A stretch of DNA of 64,000 bases from Macrostomum lignano (Eukaryota): contig NIVC01000697.1 of the NCBI GenBank assembly GCA_002269645.1, positions 1 to 64,000 on the forward strand, read 5' to 3'. Both the position numbers and the translations under genes were made by a program. Shown piece by piece: positions 57,001-64,000 of the stretch (the first letter of the stretch is position 1; every line of letters begins with the position of its first letter). The notes beneath the pieces were generated by a model that saw only the letters and a program-made list of their open reading frames with translations, did not search any database and was not told the origin of the DNA.

Positions 57001-59105
57001 CCCCATCTGGCGCCATTCAGTTGCAGATAATTGCAGGCCTCACTGCTCCTGCCGCCACCTGAGCTGCTCCCACCTGGCTGGAGACTTTGGGCGGCGAAGG
57101 TCTCTCTCTCTCTCTCTCTCTACCTTTCTCTCTCTCTCTCTCTTTGAGAAGAAAAGTGGATCGCTGCACGAGTTTGATTTTCCTCCTGTCGAGCCTGACA
57201 GTTTGTCAGTTTTTCAAGCAGCGGCATTCGGGAAAAATGAAAGCTAAGAGAGGTCATAACAGCTGAGAGAGGTGATAACAACTAAGAGAGGTCATACACA
57301 GCTGAGAGAAGTCATACACAGCTGAAAGAGGTGATAACAACTAAGAGAGGTCATACACAGCTGAGAGAAGTCATACACAGCTGAGAGAGGTGATAACAAC
57401 TAAGAGAGGTCATACACAGCTGAGAGAAGTCATACACAGCTGAGAGAGGTGATAACAACTAAGAGAGGTCATACACAGCTGAGAGAAGTCATACACAGCT
57501 GAGAGAGGTTATAACAACTAAGAGAGGTCATACACAGCTGAGAGAAGTCATACACAGCTGAGAGAGGTTATAACAACTAAGAGAGGTCATACACAGCTGA
57601 GAGAGGTCATACACAGCAAAGAGAGGTCATACACAGCTGAGAGAGGTCATATACAGCTAAGAGAGGTCATAAAAAGCTAAGAGAGGTCATACACAGCTGA
57701 GAGAGGTCATATACAGCTAAGAGAGGTCGTACACAGCAAAGAGAGGTCATACACAGCTAAGAGAGGTGATAACAACTAAGAGAGGTCATACACAGCTAAG
57801 AGAGGTCATAAACAGCTAAGAGTGGTCATACACAGCTAAGAGAGGTCATTAACAGCTAAGAGCAGTCATAAACAGCTAAGAGCGGTCTGCTCAAATGCTA
57901 CTCACCTGAGTCTGCGTGAGCCCCAGGCTGGCTGCCAGCTCAGCCCGCTCAGGCAATGACAGGTTCTGGGTGCGCTGGAACCGCCTGTTGAGCTGCTGCA
58001 GCTGGAGGCTGGAGTAGATGGTGCGCGGCTTGCGCAATCGGCGCAGCTTCTTGTTGCCAGACGGCAGGAGCACGAGGCAGCCTGCGGCTGTGCGGCAATG
58101 GCAGGAATGTTCAGAAGCCGTATTTTGCTGAGATTTTCGGGTCAATCCAGTTTAAATGGCCATACGAGATATAGAGACTTGGTGCAGAGACAGTGCGTGA
58201 GACTGTATGAGATGGAATGGGAAGATGAGGAAGTGAAAGGGAGAACTGGGAAGCGGGTAGAAAGGGTGAGGGACAGACAGGGGGAGATGAGGGACAGACA
58301 GGGGGAGATGAGGGACAGACAGAAGAGATGAGGGACAGACAGGGGGAGATGAGGGACAGACAGGGGGAGATGAGGGACAGACAGGGGGAGATGAGGGACA
58401 GACAGGGGGAGATGAGGGACAGACAGGGGAGATGAAGGCGGGATGCAGCAGCTCAGACAGATGAAGGCGAGATGCAGCAGCTCAGACAGATGAAGGCGGG
58501 ATGCAGCAGCTCAGACAGATGAAGGCGGGATGCAGCAGCTCAGACAGATGAAGGCGAGATGCAGCAGCTCAGACAGATGAAGGCGAGATGCAGCAGCTCA
58601 GACAGATGAAGGCGGGATGCAGCAGCTCAGACAGATGAAGGCGGGATGCAGCAGCTCAGACAGATGAAGGCGGGATGCAGCAGCTCAGACAGATGAAGGC
58701 GAGATGCAGCAGCTCAGACAGATGAAGGCGAGATGCAGCAGCTCAGACAGATGAAGGCGGGATGCAGCAGCTCAGACAGATGAAGGCGGGATGCAGCAGC
58801 TCAGACAGATGAAGGCGGGATGCAGCAGCTGTATCAGGCCTTGACTCACCATCAGGCCTGGCAGCGCCGAAGCCGTGGTGGGCAGCGAAGTAAGCGGCGG
58901 CAGCGGCCTGGTCACCACCGAAGCCGTGAGCAGCCGAGATGTAGGGAGCGGCGGACCTGGCGGCGGCCGGAAATCCCTGGCCGAGTGCTGAGGAGTAGGC
59001 CGCCGCGACAGACAGGCCGCCGGGGTAGCCGCCGGCACCGCCGCTCTGTGGCGAGAAGTCCGGACCGTCAGGCTGCTCCGGGGCGAACCTGGCGGCTGTC
59101 TGCAT
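53811..59105 (-). CDS. Dlx: Distal-less/Dlx homeobox protein, copy B, ~262 aa; join(58850-59105, 57906-58081, 55365-55487, 53811-54044); last-exon acceptor uncertain (54044 vs 54071)
   Basis: Homeodomain [44 protein letters not shown]|[14 protein letters not shown]. Same four-exon layout and phases (1,0,0) as copy A. Confidence 0.85.
54107..55322. repeat. Minisatellite, 39-bp unit (TTCACTTTGCCATGYATCARTAGTGTGTGATGTGCGATT)
   Basis: Dlx-B intron 3. Confidence 0.95.
55365..55487 (-). CDS. Dlx: Dlx-B exon 3 (helix 3)
   Basis: [29 protein letters not shown]; GTGAGG donor. Confidence 0.92.
55520..56797. repeat. Minisatellite, 35/30-bp units (ACTGAACAATCTGCCATTATTCAACTCAGCTACAT)
   Basis: Dlx-B intron 2, acceptor side. 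Confidence 0.95.
57245..57885. repeat. Minisatellite, 19/20-bp units (AGCTGAGAGAGGTCATACAC)
   Basis: Dlx-B intron 2, donor side. Confidence 0.92.
57906..58081 (-). CDS. Dlx: Dlx-B exon 2 (homeodomain 1-44, with Y25N)
   Basis: CCGCAG acceptor (a second in-frame CAG lies 6 nt upstream); GTGAGT donor. Confidence 0.9.
58268..58830. repeat. Two adjacent minisatellites in Dlx-B intron 1 (21-bp at 58268-58432; 29-bp at 58433-58830), reverse complements of the Dlx-A intron 1 units
   Basis: Units GAGGGACAGACAGGGGGAGAT and AGACAGATGAAGGCGGGATGCAGCAGCTC. Confidence 0.93.
58850..59105 (-). CDS. Dlx: Dlx-B exon 1 ([17 protein letters not shown]..)
   Basis: 231/234 nt identical to Dlx-A exon 1 over 58850-59083; donor GTGAGT. 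The start codon is inferred. Confidence 0.8.
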
Positions 59106-59384
59106 CCCTGATTGTTGAAGATAACAGCGCAGTTGTTTCCGAGTGATCAATTGGCACCCGATAGGAGCTGTCAGTGCCAATTTACACCATTCGAATGCAG
59201 GCCAAAAGCCATGGGGGAGAAATGCAGCTCTCACTGGCAGCTGGATGCTATTGGCTCAGAAAGCTTCCCAAGTTTTTTACGAGAGAACGAAGACAACGCT
59301 TGGGAGAATCCTTGAATACCTCCGCATCTTGCAATAACTATTTTCATCTCAATTTATGACATGCCGGTCTCATACTCTGCTGTA

Positions 59385-59822
59385 CATCTTAGCCATCTCC
59401 AAGCTGCACTCAGCCACCCCCAAGCTGCACTCAGCCACCTCCAAGCTGCACTCAGCCACCCCCAAGCTGCACTCAGCCACCTCCAAGCTACACTCAGCAA
59501 CCTCCAAGCTACACTCAGCCACCTCCAAGCTACACTCAGCCACCTCCAAGCTACACTCAGCCACCTCCAAGCTACACTCAGCCACCTCCAAGCTACACTC
59601 AGCCACCTCCAAGCTACACTGAGCCACCTCCAAGCTACACTCAGCAACCTCCAAGCTACACTCAGCCACCTCCAAGCTACACTCAGCCACCTCCAAGCTA
59701 CACTCAGCCACCTCCAAGCTACACTGAGCCACCTCCAAGCTACACTCAGCCACCTCCAAGCTACACTCAGCCACCTCCAAGCTACACTCAGCCACCTCCC
59801 AGCTACACTCAGCCACCTTCAA
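59385..59822. repeat. Minisatellite, 21-bp unit (CACTCAGCCACCTCCAAGCTA)
   Basis: Upstream of Dlx-B. Confidence 0.93.
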
Positions 59823-60494
59823 GCTGAAGCGAATCCAACCAAGCCAATTTTCATGTTACTTGGACTCAAATGCTAAAAGCAAATAATTTTCCCTGAAAGG
59901 GGTCAAAGCAGCGAGCTGCGAGGCTTGGCATTAGATGTCATGCGGGCTTTCTGGCTGGACGAGTGGCGGGGGGGTTGCAGTGTAGGCTCCGTTCCCTCGC
60001 CCGCCTCGCTCTATTAATTACCGACTTCCTCTTCCGCGCTTGGCGGGGAGAGGGCCACCTCCTGTCCAACCCCAACCCCTCGACTTCCCTTTTGACTTTT
60101 CTCCACTGTCTTTTATTTCTGCTTCTCCTCTTGTGCATTCGGACAAGCCGCCTTCGACAAGCTACAAAGACCAAGGTTGGGTAATTATCTGATGCCAGCA
60201 GCCCTAGAAACAGCTGCAATTACCCCCCCCCCTTATCCTCCCGTTCCCCGGCCCCCAGATTTCTGTTCTGCTGCTGCCGCCCCCGGCAAATTCATAAGCT
60301 GCGCCTCATTTCCGATTCCAGCAGCAGCTATCACAAGTTTTTTATTTTAATTTAAACAACATCTTTTATGGTGGAGTTGCAATTAGCTTGTCTGCTGAAA
60401 ATTTTCACTTAGTCATTAAATTATAATTAACTCTTTTTGCCAGACAGCGAGACAGAAATTACTGCACTCAGGAGAAACGTGAAAGTGAAAAGAA

Positions 60495-61548
60495 AAGGGG
60501 AGTGAGAGTGAAGGCAACTGAGAGAGTGAAGGGGAGTGAGAGTGAAGGCAACTGAGAGAGTGAAGGGGAGTGAGAGTGAAGGCAACTGAGAGAGTGAAGG
60601 GGAATGAGAGTGAAGGGGAGTGAGAGTGAAGGGGAGTGAGAGTGAAGGCAACTGAGAGAGTGAAGGGGACTGAGAGAGTGAAGGGGAGTGAGAGTGAAGG
60701 GGAGTGAGAGTAAGGGGAATGAGAGAGTGAAGGGGATTGAGAGAGTGAAGGGGAGTGAGAGTGAAGGGGAGTGAGAGTGAAAGGGGGTGAGAGTGAAGGG
60801 GAGTGAGAGTGAAGGGGACTGAGAGAATGAAGGGGAGTGAGAGTGAAGGGGAGTGAGAGTGAAGGGGAGTGAGAGTGAAGGGGAGTGAGAGTGAAGGGGA
60901 GTGAGAGAGTGAAGGGGACTGAGAGAGTGAAGGGGAGTGAGAGTGAAGGGGAATGAGAGAGTGAAGGGGAATGAGAGAGTGAAGGGGACTGAGAGAGTGA
61001 AGGGGAGTGAGAGTGAAGGGGAGTGAGAGTGAAGGGGAATGAGAGAGTGAAGGGGACTGAGAGAGTGAAGGGGAGTGAGAGTGAAGGGGAGTGAGAGTGA
61101 AGGGGAGTGAGAGTGAAGGGGAGTGAGAGTGAAGGGGAGTGAGAGTGAAGGGGAGTGAGAGAGTGAAGGGGACTGAGAGAGTGAAGGGGAGTGAGAGTGA
61201 AGGGGAATGAGAGAGTGAAAGGGAATGAGAGAGTGAAGGGGACTGAGAGAGTGAAGGGGAGTGAGAGTGAAGGGGACTGAGAGAGTGAAGGGGACTGAGA
61301 GAGTGAAGGGGAGTGAGAGTGAAGGGGAGTGAGAGTGAAGGGGAATGAGAGAGTGAAGGGGACTGAGAGAGTGAAGGGGAGTGAGAGTGAAGGGGAGTGA
61401 GAGTGAAGGGGAGTGAGAGTGAAGGGGAGTGAGAGTGAAGGGGAGTGAGAGTGAAGGGGAGTGAGAGTGAAGGGGAGTGAGAGTGAAGGGGAGTGAGAGT
61501 GAAGGGGAGTGAGAGTGAAGGGGAGTGAGAGTGAAGGGGAGTGAGAGT
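60495..61548. repeat. Purine-rich minisatellite, 17/19-bp units (GAGTGAGAGTGAAGGGG)
   Basis: Between Dlx-B and the kinase 3' end. Confidence 0.93.
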
Positions 61549-61956
61549 TAACTTGCAGTTCCACCCAACTGGGCTGACAGTAAATTAAAGCAGAAATCCT
61601 TACAAGCTTAGATTTGATTCATTTTCAATTGAACAATATATTTATTTAGACATGTCACAATCATTTTTTCATCCCCCAAATTCGCACACAGGTAAGTAAC
61701 GGTATAATTAAGTAAATAATTATAATAAAATAGTAATTTAATCGATACGTAAATGCACTAGAATGGCTACGCAGCAGGACGAACAAGCAAAGCAAACACT
61801 GCCAGTGGGAGAGCTTTCAAGTTTCTATCAAATTCGCAAAAAATAGTTTAATCTGGTTTTTTAAGCATTTAAACAGCAATAAACAGCCACTTTATGCTAC
61901 TAAGAGTAGAAAGCAGCAGTTTTTAGCGCGGGGAGAGTCGCGCAATGAGAGGAGTC

Positions 61957-62204
61957 TCAGGTAACCCCGCCATAGAGACTAGAAGCCTTCAATTTGCTGA
62001 ACTCTTCAATCGCTGCGGCCGCCTCTGCAACAAGCTGGTCGCGCAGACTGGACTGTTCGTCTTTCAAGGCGGCTGAGTCAGTCTGCTGCTCCTGGCGTTG
62101 TGAGCCGCCGCGTGACAGCACCCAGGCGTGGCAAAGGACGTCTATGGCAGTGAGGCGGGCCGCCTTGTCCACCACTAGGAGACGGTTGATGAGATCCTTG
62201 GCGG
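61957..62204 (-). CDS. Last coding exon of a CAMK-group Ser/Thr kinase, DCLK3-like (gene continues beyond the window)
   Basis: AKDLINRLLVVDKAARLTAIDVLCHAWV is kinase subdomain XI, similar to doublecortin-like kinases. Acceptor CACCGCAG, phase 1; stop at 61957. Confidence 0.75.
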
Positions 62205-62240
62205 CTGCGGTGTGAGATTTCGAATTCAAATTTATGTAGA

Positions 62241-64000
<1,760 letters not shown>

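Noticed and set aside
46544-59105. The Dlx pair as a pure assembly artefact (false inverted duplication)
   Set aside because: Exons 3-4, the promoters and most introns are entirely different, and the shared tracts have fixed differences and different repeat copy numbers. Long-read confirmation is still advisable.

Overview
Eukaryotic genomic DNA, almost certainly from a flatworm. A TAL-family EF-hand/dynein-light-chain gene points to Platyhelminthes. GC-rich exons among abundant minisatellites would fit a Macrostomum-like free-living species, but that assignment is inference. I reconstructed the spliced genes by hand from GT-AG sites and reading phases: (1) a classical dynamin on the minus strand (6407-27660) with three candidate alternative C-termini and one apparent 1-nt frameshift; (2) a 3-exon TAL gene; (3) a 2-exon UBE2A/B (Rad6) gene; (4,5) two 4-exon Distal-less (Dlx) homeobox genes arranged tail-to-tail 3.3 kb apart; (6) the last exon of a DCLK3-like CAMK kinase. 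The Dlx pair is the main finding. It mirrors the chordate Dlx bigene layout. The two genes look like old paralogs, yet they share two ~98-99% identical patches, which suggests gene conversion. The minus-strand copy also carries a homeodomain Y25N change and an ambiguous TAG in its last exon. Mobile DNA comprises a P-superfamily transposon remnant nested in a Merlin-like MITE next to a second inverted MITE copy, and a TIR element enclosing a degenerate RTE-LINE RT fragment. About 30 tandem arrays are present, and nearly every long intron carries its own unrelated minisatellite. Most long ORFs in the supplied track are artefacts of these arrays. Exon coordinates were counted by eye; repeat boundaries are approximate (+/-20 bp).
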